Below are positions 8,972 to 18,418 of a DNA stretch of 64,000 nt, piece after piece. The notes under the pieces are model-generated. The model was not told where the DNA came from. It saw nothing but the letters and a program-made list of their open reading frames with translations, and did no database searches. Position 1 is the first letter of the stretch; each line of letters begins with the position of its first letter. The position numbers and the translations under genes were made by a program. This stretch comes from Minisyncoccota bacterium. Its GTDB lineage: Bacteria > Patescibacteriota > Minisyncoccia > Minisyncoccales > JAQTVQ01. The stretch is from contig JAQTVQ010000002.1 of the NCBI GenBank assembly GCA_028706715.1, positions 3,510-67,509 of the forward strand, in the 5' to 3' direction.

Positions 8972-9464
8972 TTTTAAAATTGGAAAGAAGATCGTTAAAA
9001 TATTTTTTAATTAAAGGAGAAGATTCAATAACGCAGACCCCTTTGCCGGGCTGGCCGTATACAACGGCAAATCCTTTTTCAGACAACAGCACACAGGGAA
9101 TGGCAAGCAAATCTTCTTCACCTTCAACAAAAACGTTTTTGTTGAAAAAAATCGCTTCTTTGATAATCCTCCACGATTCCGACTGTATCGTCCCCGCCGG
9201 ATTTTCCAAAAAAAGATCATAACCCAACCCTTTTGGAACCGACATTCTCTGCGTCTTGCCGTCAAATATTTTAACATTGGAAGGCAAGTTTAAAGAACAA
9301 TAGTCTCCGACCGTAATCACTTTTTTAAAATTTCTTTGCCACGCAAGCCGGTTAAACCTTATTGATACTTCGTCGTCCGAACCGAAAATAGGAAAGCCTA
9401 TCGGCTCCCGCAATTTTTCCCTTAATGAATCCGGCAAAATGTAAGTTTGAAAGAAAACAGGCAT
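8964..9464 (-). CDS. DUF359 GTP-dependent dephospho-CoA kinase (archaeal type)
   Basis: LREPxG, TVGD, DGKTQR, NPAGTI, VEGEEDL, VYGQPGKG motifs. Confidence 0.85.
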   Translation of the reverse strand: MPVFFQTYILPDSLREKLREPIGFPIFGSDDEVSIRFNRLAWQRNFKKVITVGDYCSLNLPSNVKIFDGKTQRMSVPKGLGYDLFLENPAGTIQSESWRIIKEAIFFNKNVFVEGEEDLLAIPCVLLSEKGFAVVYGQPGKGVCVIESSPLIKKYFNDLLSNFKII

Positions 9465-9556
9465 AAGAAGGCGGCAAATTAAAAAATACCTTGTTTAAAA
9501 AACAAAATCAATAGAAATTAAAATGGTCCTCCAGCGGACGAAAAACCAATAATATT

Positions 9557-10588
9557 ATGTTTTACCAATGCCCGAAATGCAAAAGAAAATGGCAATATCC
9601 GGTTAAAAAATGTCCGGACTGCTTTGAAATGCTTGAAAAAATGAACTCTAAAACGGCAAAAGTTTTTGCCGTCTCCAAGATAAGCGTTCCTTCTTTGGCC
9701 CATCCCCATGTTCCTTATTTCGCTCTGCTTTTGGAAGATGAATTTAAAAACAAGTGGGCCCAAAAAAGCTTTAAAGAATATTCCGTTGGCCAATCCGTTG
9801 ATTATCCCGCTTCAGCGGACGCCAAAACCGTGGCAATTTGGCGCATCAAATATGATCTTTCCGAAGCAATTGAAAAAATCATCGGCTTAATCGGCGAACC
9901 AAACATAAAGCCAAAAAGCAAAATATTGATAATCCCGGCATTAAACGAGCCCAGGCATCCTTATTTCAAAAATAATACTTCTCCTGACTTTTTGGAGCAG
10001 ACCATTCTCCTCCTGATAAACCGCGGAGCTCAAAAAGAAAATATCCAAATAGCGGGGCAAAGCTTTAACGACATTCCCATTGAAGCATGCGCCATGAAGT
10101 CGGGATTGCTCAATGTCTGCCTTAAATACGGGATCCCTCCTTTGGATCTTTCCAAAATCCCTTTTGCCAAAAAGGATGATTTGGAGATTTCCGAAAATGT
10201 TTTTTCGGCGGATATAATTTTAAATCTTGCCATGCTTAAGACAGGAAAGGCCTGCGCTTCTGAAAATCTTTTTAAATTTTTAAATAAAAAAAATTATTTG
10301 GGATTGAAATATCTTTACGGAGAAAAAGAAATTTTTAAGAAAATACAGACCGTCCTGCCCGAAATATTGACTTTGGCGGAAGCCGACAGAATCCAAACAG
10401 AAGAAAAATTCGTCAGCTTTCTCGGTCTTGCCATGGCAAGCCGCGATTCCCTTGGGCTGGATGCCGTTTTTAACAAAATAAGACCCGGCAAGGCCTTGCC
10501 CAAAATATTGGCGGATATTAAGATGGAAGATGTTCTTATCGCCGGAAGGCAATTGGAAGAGTCCAAATTTGACAATATAAATATTTAA
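9557..10588 (+). CDS. Zn-ribbon/OB-fold (DUF35/ChsH2-like) fused to a degenerate DUF362 domain
   Basis: CPKC-x10-CPDC then VPYFALLLED OB segment; C-terminal KILIIPAL, TSPDF, DIILNLAMLKT, DSLGLDAV resemble DUF362. Confidence 0.7.
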   Translation: MFYQCPKCKRKWQYPVKKCPDCFEMLEKMNSKTAKVFAVSKISVPSLAHPHVPYFALLLEDEFKNKWAQKSFKEYSVGQSVDYPASADAKTVAIWRIKYDLSEAIEKIIGLIGEPNIKPKSKILIIPALNEPRHPYFKNNTSPDFLEQTILLLINRGAQKENIQIAGQSFNDIPIEACAMKSGLLNVCLKYGIPPLDLSKIPFAKKDDLEISENVFSADIILNLAMLKTGKACASENLFKFLNKKNYLGLKYLYGEKEIFKKIQTVLPEILTLAEADRIQTEEKFVSFLGLAMASRDSLGLDAVFNKIRPGKALPKILADIKMEDVLIAGRQLEESKFDNINI

Positions 10589-10605
10589 AAAATAGAACAA
10601 AAAAA

Positions 10606-11349
10606 ATGAAAAATAAAATCGTTTTAGTAACAGGATCGTCTCAAGGGATAGGAAGAGCAATCGCTCTAAAATTTGCCGCTCTCGGAGCGCAAATCGCTTT
10701 AAACGATATCGCCTGCCAGGAAGAAAAATTAAAAGCCGTTAAATCAGAAATGGAAAACTTTGGGGCAAAAGCCGAATATTTCTTGGCCGACGTCTCCAAT
10801 TTTGAAGAAGTTGAAAAAATGACGGCCGCGATAAAAGAAAATTTCAGCGGATTGGACATTCTAGTAAACAACGCCGGCATCGCCAAAGACAGGACTCTTG
10901 CCAAAATGACGGCTGAAGAATGGCAAAAAGTAATTGATGTTAATCTGACCAGCGTGTTCAATTGCTCTAAAAACGCTTTGCCTCTTCTGATTGCAAGCCA
11001 AGGAAGCATAGTCAATATTTCTTCATTCTCCGCTTTAAGAGGAAATTTCGGACAGGCAAATTACACCGCGGCAAAAGCGGGAATTATCGGTTTTACCAAA
11101 ACTTTGTCAAAAGAAGTCGGAAAATTCGGAGTAAGAGTTAACGCAGTGGCCCCCGGGTTCATTGAATCAAATATGACCCAGGCAATGGATATGCCCGAAG
11201 AAATTAAAATGATGGTAAAAAAGCTCACCTCTCTCGGGAGAGCCGGCCAGCCTGAAGAAGTGGCAAACGCAGTCGCTTTTCTCGCTTCATCCGAAGCAAG
11301 TTTTATTACCGGAACAGTCTTAAACATAGACGGAGGGCTGGCGATATAA
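10606..11349 (+). CDS. fabG: 3-oxoacyl reductase (SDR)
   Basis: TGSSQGIG, NNAGI, GNFGQANYTAAK, NAVAPGFI, IDGG. Confidence 0.9.
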   Translation: MKNKIVLVTGSSQGIGRAIALKFAALGAQIALNDIACQEEKLKAVKSEMENFGAKAEYFLADVSNFEEVEKMTAAIKENFSGLDILVNNAGIAKDRTLAKMTAEEWQKVIDVNLTSVFNCSKNALPLLIASQGSIVNISSFSALRGNFGQANYTAAKAGIIGFTKTLSKEVGKFGVRVNAVAPGFIESNMTQAMDMPEEIKMMVKKLTSLGRAGQPEEVANAVAFLASSEASFITGTVLNIDGGLAI

Positions 11350-11411
11350 AACAATAAATAATAAATAACATAATTGACCATTGCCTCACAAGCTTTGGAA
11401 AACAAAAAAAC

Positions 11412-12387
11412 ATGTTAGCAATAAGCCAAAAACAAGTTAAAAACTTCTTCCTTTAAACAATATAAAAATCGTTATTAAAGCGGTTGAAAACGCTTTCGGC
11501 GATTACGGCAGAGATTTGGTTCAGATGCCCTGCAAGCAATATCTTTATTTTACCGAAAACAACGGCGATTTAAGGGTGATGCCTTCTTATTCTTCGGTTT
11601 TAAAAATGGCCGGAACAAAAATCGTTAACGTCCATCCCGACAATCCGAAAAAAGGATTGCTGACCGTTATGGCCAGCATTCTTTTAAACGATCCCAAAAC
11701 AGGAATGCCCGTATCAATTATGGATGGAAGCTACATCACCGCCATGAGAACCGGCGCCGCCGGAGCGGTGGCAACCAAATATTTGGCTAGAGAAGACGCC
11801 ATTACTTTAGGAGTTGTCGGAGCCGGGATCCAGGCCGTCTATCAAATCGCCGCCATCTCTAAAGTCCGCAAACTTAAATCAATAGCGGTTGCCGATCCCA
11901 ATGAAAAAGCCGTAAAAACCTTAATTAAAACATTGGAGAAAGAAGGAATAGAAGTCCGCGAAGCAAAAATAGAAGAAGTTTGCGGAATGGATATTCTGAC
12001 AACAACCACCCCTGTCAGAAAGCCGATTATCAAAAAAGAGTGGATTAGGCCCGGAACGCATATCAATGCCATCGGCGCGGACGCGGAAGGCAAAGAAGAG
12101 CTTGAACCGGATATTTTAAGAGAAGCAAAATAATTATTGATGATTGGGCCCAAGCCAGCCATTCCGGAGAGATAAACGTTCCGGTCAGCCAAGGGATAAT
12201 ATCCAAAGAAAACGTTTGGGCCGGGCTTGGAGACATTGTAGCCGGAAAAAAAATTGGAAGAAACAGCCCCGAAGAGATAACTATGTTTGATTCTACCGGT
12301 TTGGGACTCCAAGATCTTTACACTGCCGTTGAAGTCTTAAAGCTGGCAAAAAAACAAGGAGTCGGCAAAGAAATAGAACTCATCTAG
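11412..12387 (+). pseudogene. Ornithine cyclodeaminase/mu-crystallin-family (archaeal-type alanine dehydrogenase), two frameshifts
   Basis: GDLRVMP, KIVNVHPDN, TAMRTGAAG, GAGxQA, HINAIGAD, FDSTGLGLQD; adding one A at 11439-11443 and one at 12127-12130 restores a continuous ORF. Confidence 0.85.
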
Positions 12388-12498
12388 ATTGTAGCTTGCA
12401 GGAGTCTCTCCTTCGGAGAGAAAGGAATAATAATATCATGTCCTTCTTATCCGCTCTTAAACGGATAAAACTTCCTACAAGCTAATTCCTACAAGCTC
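12388..12498. repeat. Intergenic imperfect inverted repeat with internal UUCG hairpin
   Basis: TAGCTTGCAGGA pairs with two TCCTACAAGCT copies; CTCTCC-TTCG-GAGAG hairpin inside. Confidence 0.5.
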
Positions 12499-12505
12499 AA
12501 AATTT

Positions 12506-14005
12506 ATGCTTTATTCCAAAGAACAAATTAAAAAAATTATTCCTTACGACGATCCCTTTCTTTGGGTTGACGAGATAGAAAAGATAGAAGGAGACACTAT
12601 CTTCGGCTATAAGCAAACCTCTCCCAACGATTCTCATTTCAAGGGCCACTTTGTTGATTTTCCCATTATGCCCGGAGTTTTAGTGGTTGAAGGCCTTGCC
12701 CAAACAGGAACCCTTTTGCTCCGCGAAAAGCTGGGCGGAAACCATCAAGAAAAACATATCCTGGCTTATCAGGTAAGAAACACCCTGTTCTATTCGCCCA
12801 TAATGCCCGGGGACAAGATTAAATACAAAGTCAGGCTTCTCGGAACATACGGCGCTAAAATCTCCAACTTTGTCGGAGAAGCTTATGTTGGAGACGCCTT
12901 AAAGTGCGAGTTAAGGTTCTCCGCGGCAATAATGGACAAAAAAGAGATGAAAGAAAAGTTTCTAGCAAAAGAAAGAGGCTCTTCCCAAGAAAAGAAAAAA
13001 TTATTCAACCTTCCGGAACTAAAAGTGGGCAGGCTAAAGGCAAAGCTTCCTATTATTCAAGGGGGAATGGCTGTAAGAGTTTCCTTGCATAAACTGGCCG
13101 GAAATGTCGCCAAAGAAGGAGGAGTCGGAATTATCGCGGTTTCAGGAATGAAAGACTCAAGAGAAGTAAAAGAAGAAATCAAAAAAGCGCGCGAAATTGC
13201 AAAGGGAAACGGCGCAATCGGCATAAACATAATGGGAGTTGTCGGCCAGTTTAAACAACTGGTGGCGGCGGCGGTTGAAGAAAAAGTTGATCTTATAGTC
13301 CAAGGAGCCGGATTTCGCACCGATATTTTTGAAATGGCAGGAAAAGAATCCATTCCGGTTTTTGCGATGGCTTCGTCGGTAAAGGTGGCCAAAAAAGCGG
13401 AAGAAGCCGGAGCGTCGGCAGTCGTCATTGAAGGATGCGATGCCGGCGGACATTTAGGATTTCCCAAAGGACGCCCGTTCAAAAAAACAATAGATATTGT
13501 TAAAGAAGCCGTAAAGGAAGTCAAAATTCCCATTATAGCGGCCGGAGGGATTTTTGACGGAAAAGATATAGTTGAAATGCTAAAAGCCGGAGCAAAAGGA
13601 GTGCAAATGGCAACCCGTTTTGTCGCCACTGAAGAATGCGACGCAGACATAAAGTTCAAGCAAGCGCATATCAATGCCAAAAAAGAAGACGTGGTGATTA
13701 TCCATTCTCCGGTAGGACTGCCCGGCAGGGCCGTCAAAACTCCTTTTGTTGAAAAGCTGCTAAAAGGCTCCGCTCCAAAACCTGATCCGATTGAGTGCCA
13801 AGGATGCATAGGCCCAGTCTGCGATAAAAGCTATTGCATATTAAAAGTCTTGGAAAACGCCAGAAAAGGAGATTTGGAAAACGGATTGGTTTTCGCCGGA
13901 TCCAATGTATGGAGAGTCAACAAAATGACAACAGTAAAAGAGCTTATCAAGGAGCTGGTTGACGAGGCGAACGGAATACTGGCAAAAGAGCCTCTCTATA
14001 TATAA
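12506..14005 (+). CDS. FabZ dehydratase fused to FabX/FabK-like flavoprotein with 4-Cys cluster motif
   Basis: N-term FKGHF-x2-FPIMPGVLxxE(G)LAQ; C-term PIIQGGM, AGGHLG, AAGGI, VQMATRF, CQGC-x4-C-x4-CI. Confidence 0.88.
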   Translation: MLYSKEQIKKIIPYDDPFLWVDEIEKIEGDTIFGYKQTSPNDSHFKGHFVDFPIMPGVLVVEGLAQTGTLLLREKLGGNHQEKHILAYQVRNTLFYSPIMPGDKIKYKVRLLGTYGAKISNFVGEAYVGDALKCELRFSAAIMDKKEMKEKFLAKERGSSQEKKKLFNLPELKVGRLKAKLPIIQGGMAVRVSLHKLAGNVAKEGGVGIIAVSGMKDSREVKEEIKKAREIAKGNGAIGINIMGVVGQFKQLVAAAVEEKVDLIVQGAGFRTDIFEMAGKESIPVFAMASSVKVAKKAEEAGASAVVIEGCDAGGHLGFPKGRPFKKTIDIVKEAVKEVKIPIIAAGGIFDGKDIVEMLKAGAKGVQMATRFVATEECDADIKFKQAHINAKKEDVVIIHSPVGLPGRAVKTPFVEKLLKGSAPKPDPIECQGCIGPVCDKSYCILKVLENARKGDLENGLVFAGSNVWRVNKMTTVKELIKELVDEANGILAKEPLYI

Positions 14006-14140
14006 AAATTTCAATAACCAATTTACCTGCCTACCGGCAGGCATTGGATTTTCAATGCTTCAATGATCAAACCGCATACGCTTATTTGAGAATTGAAACA
14101 TTATATTATTTATTGAAAATTAAAAATTGAAAATTGAAAA
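14005..14140. repeat. Heptamer-periodic AT-rich inverted repeat with nested GC palindrome
   Basis: TTTCAAT units vs ATTGAAA units; TTTACCTGCCTACCGGCAGGCA at 14022-14043. Confidence 0.65.
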
Positions 14141-14154
14141 TTTATTCGCAGAAT

Positions 14155-15066
14155 ATGCCTGGAGAAAACAAACTTACAAAACTTCTGAATATAGGATATC
14201 CGATCATCCAAGGAGGAATGGCCGGTATTTCCGAATCAAAACTGGTTTCCGCGGTTTCCAATTCCAACGGACTGGGAACTATAGGAGCGGGACTGATGCC
14301 GGCTTCCTGGCTGGAGCAGGAAATCGTAAAAACGCGGCAGCTGACAGAAAAGCCTTTTGCGGTAAATCTTTTTATGCAAAATCCAAAGGTTGAAGAGATA
14401 GTTAAGACCATTATCAAAAATAAAGTTTCTATCGTCTTTATCGGAGGAGGAAATCCCATGCTCGTTATGCCTTACCTGAAAAACGCCGGAATAATTACAA
14501 TCCCAGTCGTTCCCTCTCCAAGGCTCGCGAAAAAAATGGAAGATAGCGGCGCGGACGCCGTAGTTGTTGAAGGAATAGAATCGGGAGGGCATCTTGGTCC
14601 AAATACCACTTTTTGCCTCATCCCCCAAACGGCAAAGCTAGTTGAAAAAATTCCCGTTATCGCGGCCGGAGGGATTTTTGACGGAAAGACTGCAGCAATG
14701 GCTATGGATGCCGGAGCCGACGGCGTCCAAATAGGCACAAGATTTTTGGCTGCTTCGGAGTGCGTTGTTTCTGAAAGCTACAAGCAAAGAATTTTGGACG
14801 CCTCCGCAGACGATATTGAGGTCGTCTTGGCTTTTACCGGCCACCCTTTGAGAGTAATCAAAAACAAATGGGCCGAAGATATGAAAAAGCTGGAAGCAAA
14901 AAACGTCTTCCCTGAAGAATTGAACGCAGGGAAAATAGCCGGATCCTTGGGAGGGGAGAATGTAGATAATATCCCTCTTTTGGCGGGATTATGCTCGGCA
15001 AGCATCAAGGAAATAAAATCCTGCCGGGAGATTATAGAAGAAATTGCCGAATCTTTAAAAAAATGA
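14155..15066 (+). CDS. fabK: Enoyl reductase II (FabK)
   Basis: LLNIGYPIIQGGMA, ESGGHLG, TTFxLIPQ, PVIAAGGI, VQIGTRF. Confidence 0.8.
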   Translation: MPGENKLTKLLNIGYPIIQGGMAGISESKLVSAVSNSNGLGTIGAGLMPASWLEQEIVKTRQLTEKPFAVNLFMQNPKVEEIVKTIIKNKVSIVFIGGGNPMLVMPYLKNAGIITIPVVPSPRLAKKMEDSGADAVVVEGIESGGHLGPNTTFCLIPQTAKLVEKIPVIAAGGIFDGKTAAMAMDAGADGVQIGTRFLAASECVVSESYKQRILDASADDIEVVLAFTGHPLRVIKNKWAEDMKKLEAKNVFPEELNAGKIAGSLGGENVDNIPLLAGLCSASIKEIKSCREIIEEIAESLKK

Positions 15067-15719
15067 ACAAAACAGGGGCAACAATTTGCAAAATACTCCT
15101 TAAACCGGCCATAGAAAAGACGTTCATTAATAAAATAAGAGGAGAGAAAAACATTCCGAAGGGCAATTTTATATTGGCCGCGAATCATCAAAGCAACCTT
15201 GACCATATTATTATCGGGTCTTTCCTTGTTCCGAGAAAATTCAAATTTATGGGACAAACCGACGGGCACAAAGGCGTAAAAAAAATATTGGTAAATTTAT
15301 TTTACGGCTTTTTTGGAGTAATTCCCTTAGACAGAGGCAGCAGCAAATCCAAAAAAACAGCCATTCAAAAAGCGGTGGAGGCTATAAAAAAAGGATATGT
15401 TCTAGGCATTTATCCCGAAGGCACAAGAACCCGCACAGGAACGCTGGGAGAGGCAAAACCCGGAGTGGCTAAAATATTTTTGGCCAGCGGTGCGCCGATT
15501 GTCCCGATAGCCATCAAGGGAGCCTTTGAGCTTTTTCCTCCTCACGGAAAATTAAAAATTAAAAGATCCATAGAAGTAAGGATAGGAAAGCCGATTTACT
15601 TTAAAAAAGAGCTGAAAGCGGGGCAAGGAATTCCTTACCGATCCGAAAAGTACCAAAATTTATGCAAAAAAATTTCCGAAAAAGTAATGTCTAAAATTTC
15701 GGAACTGTCCAAAAAATAA
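15063..15719 (+). CDS. plsC: 1-acyl-G3P acyltransferase
   Basis: NHQSNLD (HX4D), YPEGTR, APIVPIAI; ATGA overlap with fabK. Confidence 0.88.
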   Translation: MNKTGATICKILLKPAIEKTFINKIRGEKNIPKGNFILAANHQSNLDHIIIGSFLVPRKFKFMGQTDGHKGVKKILVNLFYGFFGVIPLDRGSSKSKKTAIQKAVEAIKKGYVLGIYPEGTRTRTGTLGEAKPGVAKIFLASGAPIVPIAIKGAFELFPPHGKLKIKRSIEVRIGKPIYFKKELKAGQGIPYRSEKYQNLCKKISEKVMSKISELSKK

Positions 15720-15723
15720 TATT

Positions 15724-17253
15724 ATGGCAAAAATAAAAAAAATACTAATAGCCAACAGGGGAGAAGTAGCTTTGCGCATAATCCGAACCTGCAAGGAAAT
15801 GGGAATAAAAACGGCGGCTCTTTGCCCTATGCCCGGACAGGAAAAGTTTTTTTTGGAAACCAAATTTGCCGATGAATATCATTTTTTAAACCAAGAAGGA
15901 AGCCATGGATACTTAAGCTCTGAAAAAATTATAAGCATAGCGAAAAAAGCAAACGCTGACGCTATCCATCCGGGATACGGATTCCTTTCTGAAAATTGGA
16001 AGTTCGCAGAGCTTTGCGAAAAAAATAAAATCAAGTTTATCGGACCCGATCCGGACATCTTAAAAATTTTTGAAGATAAAATAAAAGCTAAAAATTTTGC
16101 CGAAAGCGAAGGGCTCCCGATTTTGCCGGCAAGCAAAGGATCTATAAAAACTCAAAAAGACTTGATGGAATGGGCTCAAAAAATTGGCTCTCCTTTTGTT
16201 CTCAAAGCCCAAAGAGGAGGAGGAGGGATCGGCATAAGAATAATTGACGGAGAGATTACCGTAAACCAAATTTCTTCAATTTCTTCCGATATCCAAAGGC
16301 AAATGTCGGTTTCTTTTTCCGACGCGGATTTTTTTCTGGAAAAATATCTGCCCGAGGCCAAGCATATAGAATTTCAAATCCTCGGAGACGGAAAAAACGC
16401 CGTGCATCTCGGAGAAAGGGAATGCACTATCCAAAGAAGATTCCAAAAACTGCTTGAAGAAGCTCCTTCCTCTTTTCTAGACAGCGAGTTAAGAGAAAAA
16501 ATGGGATCGCTGGCGGCCGGACTGGCTAAAAAACTAAAGTATAAAGGAGCCGCTACGGTAGAATTTTTGGTAGACAGAAATAAAAATTTTTATTTTATGG
16601 AGGTTAATCCGCGGCTTCAAGTTGAACATCCGATTACCGAAGCGATTACCGGCATTGATATAGTCGCCGAGCAAATTAAAATAAGCCAAGGAGAAGAATT
16701 GGGCTTCAGCCAAAAAGACATTCGCCTGAACGGCTGGGCGATAGAAGCGAGAATCAACGCCGAAGATCCCCAAAAAAAATTCCGGCCATGCCCGGGGACC
16801 GTTCAAAAATATCTGCCTCCGGGAGGACAGGGAATTTTTATGCATACTTTTCTTCAACAGGGACAAAAAATTTATCCTTATTTTGATTCTATGATGGCAA
16901 AGCTGGTTGCTTGCGGTAAAAACCGGCAAGAAGCTATCGCCAAGCTTAACCGCGCGCTGGACGAATTAATTATTGAAGGAGTCCCCACCACCTCTCCCTT
17001 TTTCAAAATAGTCGCCGCTGACAGCAGCTTTTTGAAAGGAGATTTTTTTACCAATTTTATAGAGAGAAAGGACATCGCGCAGAAGCTTTCCAAGGAACCG
17101 GCTCAGCTTTTCTGCGAGGTGTGCGAAGTAGAAGAAAAAGATATCGCTGAAATTGTTTTTCATATATATAAAGAGCTGAAAAAGGAAAAGCCCGAATCTC
17201 CGCAAAAAACATCAAATTGGATTTTGGCCCAAAGATTAAAAATGCTGGAATAA
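15724..17253 (+). CDS. accC: Biotin carboxylase subunit
   Basis: LIANRGEVA, HPGYGFLSEN, RECTIQRR, FMEVNPRLQVEH, RINAED, FDSMMAKL. Confidence 0.93.
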   Translation: MAKIKKILIANRGEVALRIIRTCKEMGIKTAALCPMPGQEKFFLETKFADEYHFLNQEGSHGYLSSEKIISIAKKANADAIHPGYGFLSENWKFAELCEKNKIKFIGPDPDILKIFEDKIKAKNFAESEGLPILPASKGSIKTQKDLMEWAQKIGSPFVLKAQRGGGGIGIRIIDGEITVNQISSISSDIQRQMSVSFSDADFFLEKYLPEAKHIEFQILGDGKNAVHLGERECTIQRRFQKLLEEAPSSFLDSELREKMGSLAAGLAKKLKYKGAATVEFLVDRNKNFYFMEVNPRLQVEHPITEAITGIDIVAEQIKISQGEELGFSQKDIRLNGWAIEARINAEDPQKKFRPCPGTVQKYLPPGGQGIFMHTFLQQGQKIYPYFDSMMAKLVACGKNRQEAIAKLNRALDELIIEGVPTTSPFFKIVAADSSFLKGDFFTNFIERKDIAQKLSKEPAQLFCEVCEVEEKDIAEIVFHIYKELKKEKPESPQKTSNWILAQRLKMLE

Positions 17254-17305
17254 AATATTGCGGCAGCGATGCGGCAATATGGAACAGCTTTGAATCCTCT
17301 TAAAA

Positions 17306-17689
17306 ATGCAAATAAAAATAAAAGGAAAAATTTATAACATTGAGGTTTTTGAACCGCAGAAGGGATCTGTTACGGTCAGGGTAAACGGCCAAGAATTTAA
17401 TTTCGGAGAAAAAAAGAATTCTTGCGGCCGCTTAAAAGAAAAAGGCAAAGGGAAAGGAACCTCCTCAAAAGAATCTAAAAAAGAAATAAAAGCCCCCATA
17501 ACGGGAGTTATTTCCAAGATATTTGCAAAAGAAGGAGATCCGATCCTTCCCGGACAAAAAATTTTAAATTTATGCGCTATGAAAATGGAAAACGAGATAG
17601 TGTCGGAGATAGAAGGAAAAATAAAAAAAGTCGCGGTTAAAGAGGGGCAGACGGTAAAGTCCAACGAACTGTTGGCGGAATTAGAATGA
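17306..17689 (+). CDS. Biotin carboxyl carrier protein
   Basis: APITG, AMKMENEI, EGQTV. Confidence 0.9.
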   Translation: MQIKIKGKIYNIEVFEPQKGSVTVRVNGQEFNFGEKKNSCGRLKEKGKGKGTSSKESKKEIKAPITGVISKIFAKEGDPILPGQKILNLCAMKMENEIVSEIEGKIKKVAVKEGQTVKSNELLAELE

Positions 17690-17728
17690 TTGCGTTATTT
17701 CCTAATTTTTAAGATAATTCAATAAAAA

Positions 17729-18277
17729 TTGAAAATTAAAACATCTATGGTCGTCAACTCTTTCCCTCTGCTAAATTCTACCAATATCAAAGCCAAAGAG
17801 CTCGCCCGGGAAGGAGCTGATCCTTGGACGGTTATTCTTGCAGAAGAACAGGCCGGCGGTTACGGCAAAGAAAAACGCCAATGGTTCTCGCCCAAAGGAG
17901 GATTGTATTTTTCAGTCATTCTTCCCAAAAGCGACATTAAGGATATCCAGATCTTAACCGTTCTAGCGGCTTTTTCCGTTGCGAGAATATTAAATGAAGA
18001 ATACAAAGTCCAAGCTTTAATCAAGCCGCCAAACGATATTTGGGTGAATAATAAGAAAATAGCCGGTATTTTAACGGAGAATATCATTGCCGGAGAAAAA
18101 GCGCAAAGTTCGGTTATAGGCATAGGGATAAACACGAATATTAAAAATTTCCCGAAAGATTTGGCTAATATCGCCGCTTCGCTTAAAATAGAAACAGGGC
18201 AAGAATCAGATAATAAAGATTTGATGAAAAAAATAACGGAAGAGCTTAAAAAGCAATTGGAAGCGATAAGCCAATAA
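17729..18277 (+). CDS. birA: Biotin-protein ligase (catalytic domain only)
   Basis: STN, QxxGYGKxxRxWxSP, KPPND, KKIAGIL, GIGIN; no HTH or C-terminal domain. Confidence 0.85.
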   Translation: MKIKTSMVVNSFPLLNSTNIKAKELAREGADPWTVILAEEQAGGYGKEKRQWFSPKGGLYFSVILPKSDIKDIQILTVLAAFSVARILNEEYKVQALIKPPNDIWVNNKKIAGILTENIIAGEKAQSSVIGIGINTNIKNFPKDLANIAASLKIETGQESDNKDLMKKITEELKKQLEAISQ

Positions 18278-18281
18278 GCCG

Positions 18282-18410
18282 AATTAAAAATGCAAATATC
18301 AAAAATTAAAATGACAATGCAAAATGTTAAAATGATTGAAACGGAAATTTTATAATTTTACATTGTTATTTTACCTGCCTGCCGGCAGGCAAGCATTTTG
18401 ATTTTTAAGT
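18282..18410. repeat. AT-rich inverted repeat with nested GC palindrome
   Basis: Arms 18308-18333 / 18347-18372; perfect palindrome TGCCTGCCGGCAGGCA at 18376-18391 interrupts the right arm. Confidence 0.7.
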
Positions 18411-18418
18411 TATTTACT

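Noticed and set aside
7850-10588. Mevalonate pathway assignment for thiolase/DUF35
   Set aside because: No HMG-CoA synthase/reductase or mevalonate kinases in the window; cannot be excluded genome-wide.
13057-13809. 250-aa minus-strand ORF and the many similar antisense ORFs
   Set aside because: Shadows of well-supported genes on the opposite strand.
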